The notes: a model not told the origin generated them from the letters alone. A DNA stretch of 64,000 bases from Mantamonas sphyraenae STR306 (GCA_026936335.1 JAPMXV010000071.1:186001-250000); one strand, 5' to 3'; shown: positions 11,686 to 24,600, counted from the stretch's first letter. A program made the numbers and translations.

Positions 11686-14600
11686 CTATGCATTCCCTTG
11701 TTCACCCTCCTCCTCACCCTCACCCTCCTCCTCACCCACTCCGGCCAATCGTCGCAGATGGGCGGCACTGGCATTGCCTGTGCGATCGACGAGGGCAGAA
11801 AACATGGATCCAGGATCGGCCAGAAGGGACCTTGGCGAATCGTACTCACACACACGACCCTGTTCGAGAACCAAGACACGGTCGCTGTCGATGATGGTGT
11901 TGAGTCTGTGGGCAATGGTGATGATGGTGCAGTGGCCAAACTCGCGTCGGATGGTGGCTTGGATGAGACTGTCCGTGTCAAAGTCCACCTGACTGGTGGC
12001 TTCGTCCAAACACAGGATCTTGCTTCGTCGGATCAACGCACGTGCCAAACAGAACAGTTGACGCTGGCCCACACTAAAGTTGGCACCCCCCTCCTGCACC
12101 TCACTGCCCAACCCCTTTTCCATGCCTTCGATGGCCTCCTTCAGCTTCACCTGTTCCAACGCCTGCCACACCTGTTGGTCTGTGGCCTGCTCAAACGGGT
12201 CCAGGTTGCTGCGGATGGTGCCTGTGAACAACACCGGATCCTGCGGGATGATGGACAGGCTCGAACGCAACCGTTGCAACGGCACATGGGCAATGTCCAC
12301 ACCGTCAATCAACACACGTCCTTGTGTCAACGGCGCCATGCGATACAACGCCAGCAACAGCGTGCTCTTGCCTGCTCCCGTCCGTCCTGCCACCCCAACA
12401 CTGTGTCCTGCCTCCATCCGCACACTCACATCCTTCAACACCAGTGGCAATCCCTTGCGGTAGGCCAACGACACGTTTTCCAACTCCACACACCCTCGAC
12501 TGGGCCAATCTTCAGGCACCTCCACTTCCTTTGCCCCCTGTTGTGGTTGCCCCTCCTGCTCTGGTCCCTTCTCCTCCTCCTTCTCCTCCTCATCATCATC
12601 CTCCTCCTCCTGCTCCAGATACTGCGAATAGTGCCAGATGCGCTCCACGGCAGTAAACGACGCCTCTGTTTCGCTGGACAAGCGCACGGTCCACTGAAAG
12701 ATGCCAGCGAGCTGGAGGGCATAGGTGAGACTCAGGCCCAACAGACCCGCCTCCACTGTGCCCTTTGCCAACACGGCAAAGATGGTGGCACTGAGCACAC
12801 AGAGGAGGGATACGACGTCGAGACGCCATCCCAGCCAGCGGGCACCCACGTAAAAGGCCAGAAAGGCACGGCTGTTTGTGTCCACACGCTCCACGGCAAT
12901 GTCCTCGAAGCGTTGGGACACACCAAACGCACGGATGGTTTCCAAACCAGAGAGGGAGGCGGTGAAGTGGGAGTAGATGGGGGAGCGGGAGAGGCCATCC
13001 AGTCGCTTGAGTTCGCGTGCGGTGCGACGATAGTATTCCTGGAGACGGAGAAAGAGCCATGCCATGGGCAGGAGGACAAGCATGAACCAGGGCATGTTGA
13101 TGCTGATGATCACCAGTGTGGACAGGATGATGCTGCTGTAGATCCAGAATTGCGAGAGCATGTCCGGCAATTGGTTGTCCACCGTGTCCTGGTCCTTGCC
13201 AAACCGGTTCACAATGCGTCCTGTGGGCGTGGTGTCGAAGAAGGCCATTGGGGCACGGAGCACACGCTCAAACACCTGTGCGTGCATGCGACTGCTTGCT
13301 GCCAGCGCACTGTTGGCAAACCACACGTCTCGCAGCAGCAGGGTGACTATGAATGCACCGCAGATGGCCGCGTACATCAGTGTGTACCACTCTTGGCTCT
13401 GTTGGTAGTCGTCGTTGATCCAGAAACTCAGCCAGGCGTCCGAATACACACGCACTCCCTGCGCCAACAGAAACGTCCCGTACACAACCACACAGTAGAA
13501 CACACCACCTGCCGCTCGTCCAAACGCTGCATACACATCCAAACTCACGGTGCCACTGCGCTTGTCTTCCATCGTCACCAGCTTCCCATCGCTCTTGCTG
13601 CTGGGCAACCCGTCCTCCGCTTTTGCCGCCTTTGCTTCTGCTGCTGTTGTTGTTGCACTCGTCCCTGCCACCGACATGGCAGCGTCTGTTGCCTCATGTT
13701 GCTTCTTGGTTGCTGTTGCTGCCTCTGGGGACACAGGTGCATGTGGCAAGTCATCGTCGTGCTGCGGAGCCCCGTTGCCCACCTCCACCTCCACATCACT
13801 CTCATCCACCTCATCATGTTCCTCCTCCTCTTCCTCCTCTTCCTCTTCTTCCTCCTCTTCACGCACCAAATCAGCCAACATGGCCGCACAATCGCCACCT
13901 GCTTGGACGAGATGTGCATAGTCGCCCTGTTCGGTGACCTGGCCATCCTGCACAAAGACAAGATGGTCGACGGCCTCGAGATACTGCAGCTGGTGGGTGA
14001 CCAACACCACGGTGCGGTTGCGCAGGTAGCCGCGGATGCACTCGTCAAAGATGAACCTGCCCACGTGTGCATCGACAGCAGACAGGGGATCGTCCAACAG
14101 CAACACGTCGCGGTCTGCATAGACCGCACGTGCCAGTGCCACGCGTGCCTTTTGGCCACCGCTGAGGTTGATGCCACGTTCGCCAATCTCTGTCTGATCG
14201 CCCGCGGGCAGGGTTGCCACGTCGTGTTCCAGGGCACACACACGCAACACGGTGTCATACTTGGTCTGATCAAAGGGCATGCCAAACAGGACATTCTCAC
14301 GCAGGGTTTCGTTGATAATCCATGGCGATTGGGTGCACAGAGCCTGCGACTTGTTGGTTTGCAACACACCGGATTGCTGTGGCATTTGTCCCAACATGGC
14401 ACCCAACAACGACGATTTGCCGGCACCCACCTTGCCAATGACACCCACCAGTGAGCCACGACGCACCTCCAGACTGACGTTGCGCAGGCGACCATGAGCA
14501 CTTGCCTCTTGGTGTTCCTCGCTTTCGTTGCTGGGCCATTGGAAGCATGCATCCCGCATGCGCACATCGACACCGGTGCCCACGCTGTCCCCCTCGCTTC

Positions 14601-15945
14601 CCTTCTTTCCCTCTCCCTCTTCTTCCTCTTGGATGTCGTCGGGGATGGTGGTCTCGGGCAGGAGGAGAAACTCTTGCATCCTGCGCAAGGCTACGTTGCT
14701 CTCTGCCACCGCCTTGATGGCCTGGGGCACCTTGACCAATGGGAATCGGATGATGTTGAACAGAGCCAGGGTGGTGTACACGGTGGAGGCGGTGAGACGG
14801 TTGCCCAGAGCGGCATAGACGGCAAAGGTGACCAGACTGACGAGTGCCGGGGCCGCAAAGGTGACCATCAAGTTGATGGCACGGATGTAAAACACCCGTC
14901 GGATCTGTGCCTCCTCTTCCTCACGGATGCCATCCACCTTGTCCGCAAACGAACGTTCCCAGCTGTAGAACTTGATGAGCTTGATGGCGGCCAGGATTTC
15001 GTTCATCAGACCCACCCGGGCGTCGGTGATGGGCACGATGCGACGTCGCAGACGTGCGGTCATGCCACCGAGGTAACGTTGGAGGGGAAAGAAGAGGAGG
15101 ATGAGGGCCACAAAGCCCGGGACGCCGGCCCAGCCGAGTTCGACCACGAGCATGATCAAGACAATGAGAATCATGGTGGGACCACCCCAGATGAAGTTGA
15201 AACTGAGGGCAGCCTCGTTGAGACGTGTGATGTCATTGTTGACAATGTTGATGACCTGGGAATAGTGGTTGGGGCCCAGACTGGCCAGACGCAGGGCCTT
15301 GCGATAGATGGCCACTGCCACCATGCTCTTGAGACGGATGCCCGTGCGTAGGGACAGGTAGAACTGACGATGGATACAATTGGATGAGGCCACGGAGGAT
15401 GCCACCATGAGAATGCCATACATGAAACCATGCCACTGGGGGATGGTGCCACTCTCGTCCTCGATGAACAGCAGTAGGTTGCGTAGGAAGAAGTAGGGCC
15501 CAGACACACTGAATAGGATCCACACAAGGAAGGTTAGCATGCTTTCTTGGATGTCCTTGCGTGAAATGCGAAGGATGACGGAGCGCACGGACGCGTCTTC
15601 CGCCCCGACGGTGGACAGCTCCTCGGCCCAGGCGCGTTCAAAGGCCTCGCTCGTCACAGACGCCGAATCACGCGACACCAATGACCACAGATCGTCGGCT
15701 TGCAGTGGGCGTTCGTATCCCAGGCGCATCATGGGTGTGTGCCAGGCAAACGCCAGCTGGGAGAAGAAGTTTGCCTCGTCGCATGGGCACGGCGGATTCC
15801 GGACCTTGCCCACCAGCTTGCCCACCTCGGACGGGGACATGGGCGAGGAAGCGGGTGTACGGGTGGACTCGATGTCATGGTGGCCATTGGCATGATCACC
15901 AATACCATCATGATCATCATCCACCTTGGGTGGGGAAGGAGCCAT
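11686..15945 (-). CDS. ABCC/MRP-family ABC transporter (TMD-NBD-TMD-NBD, no TMD0)
   Basis: Walker A GKVGAGKS and GRTGAGKS, signatures LSGGQKAR and FSVGQRQL, FFDTTPTGRIVNRF, TIAHRL; intronless. Confidence 0.95.
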   Translation of the reverse strand: MAPSPPKVDDDHDGIGDHANGHHDIESTRTPASSPMSPSEVGKLVGKVRNPPCPCDEANFFSQLAFAWHTPMMRLGYERPLQADDLWSLVSRDSASVTSEAFERAWAEELSTVGAEDASVRSVILRISRKDIQESMLTFLVWILFSVSGPYFFLRNLLLFIEDESGTIPQWHGFMYGILMVASSVASSNCIHRQFYLSLRTGIRLKSMVAVAIYRKALRLASLGPNHYSQVINIVNNDITRLNEAALSFNFIWGGPTMILIVLIMLVVELGWAGVPGFVALILLFFPLQRYLGGMTARLRRRIVPITDARVGLMNEILAAIKLIKFYSWERSFADKVDGIREEEEAQIRRVFYIRAINLMVTFAAPALVSLVTFAVYAALGNRLTASTVYTTLALFNIIRFPLVKVPQAIKAVAESNVALRRMQEFLLLPETTIPDDIQEEEEGEGKKGSEGDSVGTGVDVRMRDACFQWPSNESEEHQEASAHGRLRNVSLEVRRGSLVGVIGKVGAGKSSLLGAMLGQMPQQSGVLQTNKSQALCTQSPWIINETLRENVLFGMPFDQTKYDTVLRVCALEHDVATLPAGDQTEIGERGINLSGGQKARVALARAVYADRDVLLLDDPLSAVDAHVGRFIFDECIRGYLRNRTVVLVTHQLQYLEAVDHLVFVQDGQVTEQGDYAHLVQAGGDCAAMLADLVREEEEEEEEEEEEEEHDEVDESDVEVEVGNGAPQHDDDLPHAPVSPEAATATKKQHEATDAAMSVAGTSATTTAAEAKAAKAEDGLPSSKSDGKLVTMEDKRSGTVSLDVYAAFGRAAGGVFYCVVVYGTFLLAQGVRVYSDAWLSFWINDDYQQSQEWYTLMYAAICGAFIVTLLLRDVWFANSALAASSRMHAQVFERVLRAPMAFFDTTPTGRIVNRFGKDQDTVDNQLPDMLSQFWIYSSIILSTLVIISINMPWFMLVLLPMAWLFLRLQEYYRRTARELKRLDGLSRSPIYSHFTASLSGLETIRAFGVSQRFEDIAVERVDTNSRAFLAFYVGARWLGWRLDVVSLLCVLSATIFAVLAKGTVEAGLLGLSLTYALQLAGIFQWTVRLSSETEASFTAVERIWHYSQYLEQEEEDDDEEEKEEEKGPEQEGQPQQGAKEVEVPEDWPSRGCVELENVSLAYRKGLPLVLKDVSVRMEAGHSVGVAGRTGAGKSTLLLALYRMAPLTQGRVLIDGVDIAHVPLQRLRSSLSIIPQDPVLFTGTIRSNLDPFEQATDQQVWQALEQVKLKEAIEGMEKGLGSEVQEGGANFSVGQRQLFCLARALIRRSKILCLDEATSQVDFDTDSLIQATIRREFGHCTIITIAHRLNTIIDSDRVLVLEQGRVCEYDSPRSLLADPGSMFSALVDRTGNASAAHLRRLAGVGEEEGEGEEEGEQGNA

Positions 15946-16140
15946 CGCCGCGGGGTGTGGGGGGGGGGGAGCAAGGTTGAGTTGGTGCGATGAGAGAGAG
16001 GAGACACCATTCATGAGATGAGGATGGGGATGGGGATGGCATTTCAATGGGTGGTTGTGGATGGATGGATGGTCATGGTGATGGCACATGGCGCATGGCG
16101 CATGGGCAACCAGTGTGTCTGTGTGAGACGACGGGAGCCG

Positions 16141-17442
16141 ATGCGTGTGGGGAGCTGGGAGTGCAAAAGCGAGGCATTGTGTGTGCACGTGGGACAAGTG
16201 TTTGAGAGCATGGAGGCACGTGTGTTGGTGGGCACTGTCGATGGCTCTGTGCATCAGGTGACGGCGTGGAAGCAAACGACGCCAAACGGGGACAAAGAAC
16301 ACAAAGAACAACAACACTCCAGCACTGCGACTGCCATTCGACTGGTGGGTGTGTCTCGTGGTGGGGTGGGTGTCATGCTCAGTCATCCCATGGATGGCAA
16401 TGGCGGTGCATTTCTGCTGTGTGCCTGTGTGGACGGCACTCTGGAGGTGTTTTCACCCGCCCAACAACTGGTGGCCTCTGTGCAGGCCCAGAGTGAAATC
16501 ACAGCCATGTGTGTGCATGTGGATGCGTGTGCCAATCACACAGTCGTATTGGCCACTACCCAGGGCACCCTTATGGGCATTCAGGACGTGTACAGCGTGG
16601 CATGGAGGACAAACCTCTTGGACAACCTGCCCCAGCCCCCCCTGGACGACACCAACGACACCAACGACACCAACGACACCACCACTGCCTCCCAACTCAC
16701 AGGGGCCATGCATCTGGCCTTGGATGCCACAGAGGACACTGCCGTCCTTGCTCTGTCCTCGTTGCGCATCTGCACCGCCTCGGGAGGGTCCCCCAAACAT
16801 CTGCTGGCGGTGTCGTTGGCCTGTACGCCCTATGTACATCTGTTGGCCGATGGAGAGCGTGTGTACAGTGTGCCCATGCCGGACGTGGTCCATGCCATGG
16901 TGCCAGGGTGGTTTGGGGCCGTGGACAATCTCAAGCTGGTGTGGGCGGACGACGACGACGACACAGTGCCCGTCAGCAACGACATGGTGGTCGAGGACAG
17001 CCAAGTGAGCATACAAAGCATCGAAAGCATGGATGGAAGTAGCAGCAGCAGCAGCAGTGGCAGCAACGGCACACAGGAACAGCAGCTGCTGATGGCGGCT
17101 GCGGACGGATGCCTCTATTTACTCTATCGCTTGCGTGTGTACCTGTGGGCAGAAGTGGACCTGCACATCACACGCATGCACCACAGTACCCTCGCACGTC
17201 TGGGACTGAGCTCATCAGACGATGCTGATGGCTACGATGCCGTGGTCTGCGTGGGCGACTTTGCAGGGGTCCAGGTCTGGCACGACGGTGCCTGCGCCGC
17301 ACACGCTGCCACGGGAGACTGGTGTGCAGACCTGGCGCTTCTTGACGTCGACGCAGACGGCATCGACGAAGTTGTGGTTGTGGGCAGCGACAACAGCACG
17401 CTCATCAGCGCGTGGAAGCTGGAGCAAGATACAGGCAGATAG
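16141..17442 (+). CDS. Beta-propeller protein with an FG-GAP-like DxDxDG motif
   Basis: Repeated V..GT.DG strands and C-terminal LLDVDADGIDEVVV; start codon uncertain. Confidence 0.45.
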   Translation: MRVGSWECKSEALCVHVGQVFESMEARVLVGTVDGSVHQVTAWKQTTPNGDKEHKEQQHSSTATAIRLVGVSRGGVGVMLSHPMDGNGGAFLLCACVDGTLEVFSPAQQLVASVQAQSEITAMCVHVDACANHTVVLATTQGTLMGIQDVYSVAWRTNLLDNLPQPPLDDTNDTNDTNDTTTASQLTGAMHLALDATEDTAVLALSSLRICTASGGSPKHLLAVSLACTPYVHLLADGERVYSVPMPDVVHAMVPGWFGAVDNLKLVWADDDDDTVPVSNDMVVEDSQVSIQSIESMDGSSSSSSSGSNGTQEQQLLMAAADGCLYLLYRLRVYLWAEVDLHITRMHHSTLARLGLSSSDDADGYDAVVCVGDFAGVQVWHDGACAAHAATGDWCADLALLDVDADGIDEVVVVGSDNSTLISAWKLEQDTGR

Positions 17443-17539
17443 AACAGTGCAAATTTTGATTCAAACAGAAATGTGACAATGAACATCGACATGTGGATTT
17501 CAATCTCAATCAAAATTTATATACACCAACGGGTCCTTG

Positions 17540-18850
17540 TCACTTTCTTGTGCGCTGCCGCTTGCCACCACGTGTGCGCTGCTGCGTCTGTGCGGTATCC
17601 TCCTCGTCGTCGTCCTCTTCATCATCGTCATCATCGTCATCATCGTCGTCGTCGTCGTCGTCTTTGCGAGTGCGTTTGATGCCGACATCCATTTTGCGGC
17701 GGAGGGAGTTCATGGCACCGAGCCTGCGAAACTCCATGCCGTCGACAAGGATGTTGTTCATGGCTGTGTGGTAGTTGTCCACCACGTTGCTGAGTCGTTG
17801 GTAAAAGGGCAGCTGTGCATCGAGGCGGAGGATGGTCGCGTCGCGATGGGCGTCGTCGGCCTCTTCAAGCTTCTCGCGTTCGAGGGTGCTCTCGACACCG
17901 TCGACAGCAACCATCTCCTCGTCCATGGCAGGCATCTTGAGGGAGGTGTACACTTCGCCGTCGTCATTCATGGTGTGGGAGAACATGCTGGGGCCGACCT
18001 TGACGACGGCGGTAAAGTGGAAGGCACCGTCGTTGAAGAGACGCACCATCATTTGGTAGGCCTCGGGGGTCACGTGCAGGTTGAATCCAGGGTCAATGGT
18101 CTGCTGCAACAGCTTCCAAATGCCTGTGGGCAGGCGAGAGAGCAGGGACGAGGGACGAGGTGTCAGCAGGCGGGCACGCGCGCACTTTGCCCCTCGAATC
18201 GCGCGGGTGGTCCACGGCAACGGGGGCATTGGGCAGTTTGAAACACAGGGGTGAATGCAGGGGACAAAGGACGCACCTGTGGTGACGGGGATGTAGTACA
18301 TGGGGTTCCAGGGCTGTGTAAAGTACAGCATGTAGAGAAGGTAGACGGCGGCGATGCGCACGAGAAAGTCGTCTGTGTCGAGGAAGCCCAAGCAGGTGCT
18401 GAACAGGGCACGCATGTACTCATCCGCCTCTTCAGGGTCATGGATACCCCTGAAGATGTACTCCATGTGCATCTGTTGCCACAGCTTGCGAAAGTCGGCA
18501 AAGGAGGTGGAGTTGAGCTTGGGGGGGGCAGGTTGGTTGGTTGGTGGGTGGGTGGGTGGGTGGGTGGGTGGGGTGAGTGCATGAATGAATGAGGGGGGGG
18601 GGGGGTGGGGTAGGAAGGGAGAGGGGCAAAAGTGCACTCACTGTGCGATAGGCAGCAACGAGATTGCGGAGGTCTGTGACGTGTGGAAGCAGCAACCCGT
18701 TTGCCACCATGGCTTCATGTGTACGATGCAACTTGTCCCGCACACGGGGTGCCCCTCTGTCGTTCACTTGGATCTGTGCATCCAGGTAGTCCTTGCTTGT
18801 CCTGTCCGTCTCATTCACCAACCCTTTGGTCCCACGTCCCAGCTTGCTTG

Positions 18851-18885
<35 letters not shown>

Positions 18886-18962
18886 GATGAGGATGATGAT
18901 GAGGACGAGGATGAGGATGAGGAAGTGGCCTTTCGCTTGCTCCTGCCACTCCGGGTCGACAT
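17540..18962 (-). CDS. SNAPC1: snRNA-activating protein complex subunit 1 (SNAP43), 3 exons
   Basis: TSFADFRKLWQQMHMEYIF..RIAAVYLLYMLYFTQP is the SNAPc_SNAP43 signature; two GT-AG introns (~18640-18520 and ~18277-18125). Confidence 0.8.
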
Positions 18963-19112
18963 GGGTTCTTGGTGGTTGGTTGGGTGGGGGTGCGAGTGTC
19001 ATCCTACCCATGGTCACCATACACTCTCTCCTTGTGTCTCCATCCCTGCCCCCACCCCCCTCCTTCACCCACCCTCTCTCTTGGTGGCGCTGGCCCAGAC
19101 AGCCCCATCACA

Positions 19113-21166
19113 ATGTCATCCAACAGCGTGGAGATCCAGGCGGTGCTGATGGCCCATTCCATGGGTGGCAAGCTGTATCCACTGAACCAATCCACCCCAA
19201 AGTGTCTCCTGCCTGTGGCCAATCGTCCCTTGCTCTCCTATTCCCTCCAGCTGCTCGAGAGCTATCAGTTTGACGGTACGGATCCACCACTCCCTCATCA
19301 CACCTCACCCCTTTTCTCCCACATACTCACGCACCTCGACATACCCTGCTCTGTACACCCCACACGTACGCACACACATGCCACGTGTTGCTGTGAACGC
19401 ATGCACATGGACCCTGTGTGCCCACAGACGTCATTCTGGTCGTCAACGAAACGTACCACGAGCGCATTCGCACGTACGTGAGTGAAATCTACCAGAGCAG
19501 CATGAAGGTGCATTACCACGTCCTCAACGAACCCATGGAGTCTGCAGACGTGTTGCGGTCACTGGCAGACCATATCAAGGTGAGTGGGCCATGTGAGACA
19601 TGGTGTGTGGCAGTGTGTGGGCGGCCGTAACTTTCCCGGAAACGCCGATCACAACCCCTCCCTCGGGTGCGCCCTTCCTGTGCTCACACGCCCTCTTGCA
19701 GAGTGATTTCATGGTCATGAACACAGACCTTGTGGCAGACGTGGAGCTCAACAAGTTTGTGGATCTGCACAGGCAGTATGACTCGCTGGCAACGGTGCTT
19801 TTGTCCAAGCGTACGTGACCCTCCTTGGCAGGCAGGCAAGCCAAACCTCTCGCGGACACGCTGACACCGCTCCCTCCCCACCCTACCTACATCCATCCCA
19901 TGACCACACCATCCCTCCCACTGTTGCACATGGCATGGCTTCATCGCTTCATGCCCACACCCGTGCACAGAGGTGCCAGCAGAGGGCAAGAAGTTGAAGG
20001 TGACAAATGAGACGGACTTTTGCGTGCTGGACGCCAATGAGCGACGATTGCTGTCGATCCAGCGACAGAGCGATGGGGCACCGTTGAAGTATCGCAAGAG
20101 CATGATGAGCAAGTTCCCCAAGGTGACCATCCACACAGACCTGCGCGAGTGCTCGTTGTACATTTTCTCCCAGCATGTGTTGGACATCCTCAAGGGACGC
20201 CAGAGCATCAAAAACATCAAACATGACCTGGTGCCCTACCTGGCCCAACTGCAGTATCGCACCCAACGTCCCAGCAGCAACACAGCAGGCAGTTCGTCGT
20301 CGTCATCGTCGTCGTCGTCCTCCTCATCTTCGTCATCGTCCGATGGGGATCTGGGTTTGGAGCCGGATGACGACATGGACCACAGTGACAAGCCCCAATC
20401 CACCAGCAGTCCCAGCCATGGCCACCTGCTGACCACGTCGCCGTTGGGAGCCGACCTGAGCGACACGTCGTTGGGAGAACACGACTTTCAGGGGTCGTCT
20501 CGACAGGTTGACGCGGACGAGGATGATATGGATGGGAGGGTGGTGGGTGACACGTCCTCGGCATCGGGGAACAAGGATGGAGATGACGACGAGGACGGGG
20601 CCGGAAACAAGGTGAGTCTGGAGTTGCAGAACAAGTTTGTGGCGTTGCAGATGGACAGCTTTGGGATGACGTCGGCCAAGTTTGACCAGGGGGATATGAT
20701 TCGTGTGATGGCCTATGTGGAGGAGAGGGGCTTCTGCCAGCAGGCGTCGACGCGGGAGGCGTACAAGACGCTGAACTTTGAGGTGGCCAAGGGCAACGCG
20801 TACCCGTACGAACCCATGGAGCCGGAGAACAGCGACAAGGCGTTTGTGCACCACTCGTGTGAGTTGGGCCAACGATCGCACATTGGTGGAGGCTGTGTGG
20901 TGGGCAAGGACATGCAGGCGGGGGAAAAGGTCAGCGTGAAGCGCAGTGTGATTGGCAAGCATTGCACGCTGGGCAACCAGGTGAAAATTGTCAACTCGTT
21001 GTTGATGAACCATGTGACGGTGGACGAGGGGGCTCGCATTGTCAACTCGGTGGTGTGCAGCCATGCACATGTCAAGCAGGGCGCACAGGTCAACGGGTGC
21101 ATTGTCGCTGAGCAGTATACCGTGCAGGAGATGCGTGAGGTGACGGATGAGACGTTGATTCCGTAG
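19113..21166 (+). CDS. EIF2B3: Translation initiation factor eIF2B gamma subunit (4 exons)
   Basis: N-terminal NT-like domain QAVLMA..GGKLYPL..PKCLLPVANRPLL and C-terminal left-handed beta-helix (VKRSVIGKHC..IVNSLLMNHVTV). Confidence 0.88.
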
Positions 21167-21207
21167 AAGGGTAGAAGGGTAGAAGAGGAAGGGAATGGAG
21201 GGCCATC

Positions 21208-22316
21208 TCATGCGTTGGGTTCGTCATCCTCGTCTTGCTGCCGCACAGGCAGGTAGCGCATGGGCACGTCTGCGGTGTGCTCCTCCACATGGCCAGGTAG
21301 CAATCTGCTGCCTTGCTGATAGAGGTAGATGCTGGTGCAGACGACCACAAGGCCGCAGAGGAAGCCGACGGTGACGTGAAAGTCAAACAGCCACACACTG
21401 AGCAGAAGACCAAGCATCATGGACGCCGTCTGGGCAAACACACGTGTCATGTTGTCCAGGAACTTGAGGGTAAATGCAATGGCCATGCCTCCATAGGCCA
21501 TCGAAACGACGACCATCCAGGTCAGCGGGGTGTATCCGTGGAAGAAGCCCTGCTCCATCACCTGCTGGCGTTCAAACAGCATCATGGCCACAACGTTGAA
21601 GATGACTCCTGATGCATACAACATGCTGTTCTGGAGGTGGATGCTCACGTCGTAGTGGCGTTTCAACAGCCATTCGTTGTACACGTCGGCCACAGCAGAC
21701 AGCACACATGTAAAAAGCACAATGGCATACCCAATGTTGGCTGTGGGAGATTGAGGAAACACTGCGGGGTGAGCACAGGTGTGGAAGGGTGTGTGTGTGC
21801 GCGTGGGAGTGGGTGGGAGGGAAACACGTGCGCTTGAAACCGACCCTGGTCGAGTTTGGCTGACGGTTGGGTGCCAGAAAGCACACCACACACAAGGAGT
21901 ATGACAGATGCCCATTGGATGGGGTGGAGTCGTCTGCGAAGTACTGTGGTGAAGCCAACAGCGATGAACACTGTTTTCAGATTGCCGACAAACTGAACTG
22001 ACGGTGGTGAGAGATACAGGAGGGAAAGCATGCCCATGTTGTTGTCCACAACGTAGATGAAAGAGATTAACGCATAGGCGGAGAAAGAGGCCAGAGAGGC
22101 GTCGTGGAAGACGGGCAGGCGTTGAGAACGGCGTTGCAGGGTCAGGGCCGCCAAACTGCTCACCAGCTTTACGGCTTCAGCACACAGGGTGACGGTGATG
22201 AACTGAAACGGGAATGTACCGGAGGGACCCTTGCTAAGGCCAATGAGGATGGTGGTGGAGCACATGAGAGTGCCAAGGATGAGCAGCAACGCTGCCTTGC
22301 GTGGCCAGGACAGCAT
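21208..22316 (-). CDS. Nucleotide-sugar transporter, SLC35A family
   Basis: AEAVKL, NLKTVF, LSAVADVYNEWLLK, QNSMLY, GFFHGY, KFLDNM; one intron near 21745-21830. Confidence 0.85.
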
Positions 22317-22376
22317 GGGGGTTTTGCTTGCATGTGCACGTGCATGTGACCCCAACCAATCCCCTGATACATTTCC

Positions 22377-23267
22377 TCATATGTTCCTCATGCGTGGTGG
22401 CACCCACTGCAAGTGCAGCGCCTTGAAAATGTCCTGCTCCCGTTTGCACGGGATGCCCTCCGTGCTTGCGATCTTCTCCCCCCGCACACGAATGGCAGGC
22501 GCCACATGGTGATCGCTGAGCGTGAGATGCACCTTGCGTGCATAAAAGCGCATCGATCGGTTAAAGTACGCGCTGCCTGTAAAGTACAGGGTGGCAAACG
22601 CGTAGTAGTGGGCCGGGTACACTTTCAGATCCAGCCGCCGATGCAACCCTGTTCCCCCGTGCTCCTTACTCAGCATGCAAATCCCCATGTAACTGTCGCA
22701 ATGTGCCCCATCCCCATCGATTCCCCGTCCAAAGTGCTGCGAGCCTCGCCTGTGCAGTGCCAGGTCGTCCGTGAGTATGTGTTTGCCCTCCCTTCCCTTC
22801 AACAGCTTCAACAGCGAGGTCAACAGCCCCTCGTGATCCTCCCCATCGCTTGTGGTCATGCAGATGTCCATGTCCCCACAGCTGCTCTTGCCCCGCCTGT
22901 ACGAGCCGCACACAAGCATTTTGAACGTCCCTGGCCGCAGCAAGTTGCCAGCGTCCCTGACAATCTGCTCAATGCGCCGCACTTCCCACCGTGGAATACG
23001 CTCCTGCAATTCCTCCGCATATCGCAGTCCTATCTGCTGTGCATGCGACAGTTCGTCCTCGTGTGCCCGTGCGTCATCCAGAGTCTTCCATCCACGTGCA
23101 TACAACTTCTCCGCCGTGATCGTCCCCACACCCCAGATCTTGGTCAGCTCCTGGATGGCCAATGCCTTTTCCGACGTCTTTAGGTCGTCCACTCGTTTCA
23201 GCCTGCCTGTGTCGATCAGCTCCTGGATCTCTGTTGGCACCAATCTCACCAAGGGTCAGCGGTCCAA

Positions 23268-23302
<35 letters not shown>

Positions 23303-24511
23303 CTTTCCTCACTCACTTTTGGCTGTGCCATCGCCCACTCCATGGATGGCAATGGCTTCTTCGTAGCTCTCCACCCGTTTGGGGTGTCGCTCCAAGGCAC
23401 GGATGGCCCGAGTGTACATCTTTGGGCGGTACGGGTCGTTCATGCTCTTCCAGTACTCGCACAGAACCTTGAGCGGCTCTGTAAACTCCTTGTTGTGGTT
23501 CACCTCTTCCTTCTCCTGCTTCTCCTTGCTCCTGTACATCTGCTGGCAGGCAAAGCGTGAGGCAAACTCCCGCCGCCGAGCCTGTCCCCATTTGCTGTAA
23601 AAGATGGGTTCAAACCCATTGTCATCCATCCCATCCGACGCCCGTGCCGACGATGAAGACGACGATGAGGATGAGGATGACGACGTTGTCTGTGTGCTGC
23701 GTCGCTGTCGCTTGCGAGCTCTCCGCGTGGCCAACGCTGCCTCGCGTTCAAACTGGCCATCTGGCTCCAGGGCATCGGCAATGAGACAGCGACGGAACCA
23801 CGCCAGGGAATGGACGGACACATGGGCCAGCAGGTGGAGGGAGTCCGAGCCAATGGAGGCCAGGGCGTCGTCGGGTGAGTTGTCGTCCGCCGAGTGCACC
23901 ACCGCCACAGGCGTGTTCTGCTGCTCCAGATCCACCAGCGAATACACCACGTTTCCTGACCGGGACAACACCTCGTGGCAAGCCCACAGAAAGGTGCTTG
24001 TGTCCATGCTCTCCTCCACAAACCAGAAATGCATGTCGCGAAAGAGCTCGCTTTGGTTCCATGGATCTCGCTCGCACTCGTACTCTGCCCCCTGTTCCGC
24101 ACGCATGGCCTCCACACTGCTTTCTCCACTGCTTCCACTGACCACCGACCCGTCTGTGCTTGACTGTGTCGATGTCTGCGATGCCACGCCGTACACAGAC
24201 TGCTGCGACGACGGTTCCCGTTTCGGTTCCTGGGTTGCTCTCCCTTCTTCCGCCTCCTCCTCCTCCTGCAGACCAATCAACACGTGTTCAAACAGCGTAT
24301 CCTCATCCATGTCATCCTCCTCCTCCTGTTCCTCCTCCTGTTCCTCTTCCCCATCTTCGCCGTCACTTGGATCATCCTCAATCAACACCTGCAATTGCTC
24401 CATTTCGTCCCTACTGGGCTCTGGTACGGATGCAAGCGTGTCCGCCACCTCCACCTCCTCTTCATCCTCATCCTCGTCGTCTTGGGTCAAATCAATCACC
24501 GCAGCGGACAT
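22377..24511 (-). CDS. POLL: Family X DNA polymerase (Pol lambda-like, degenerate N-terminal BRCT)
   Basis: HhH motif IHGVG..TA.KI, GSYRRGKSSCGDMD, HRRLDL, LYFTGSAYFNRSMR, EQDIF; intron ~23314-23231 gives GTAK/KIQEL. Confidence 0.85.
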
Positions 24512-24600
24512 CAACGCTCCTCCCCGGGGTTTGGCCGCCCTCGCGCCCAGCCGCAGCTGCCCAACACAACCCCCAACCCCACCATCACCACCACCACCAC

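Noticed and set aside
11251-14454. 1067-aa plus-strand ORF, and similar long antisense ORFs (45592-47532, 50991-52694, 42673-44757, 60876-62282)
   Set aside because: These are shadow ORFs opposite well-supported GC3-rich genes and contain no recognisable motifs.
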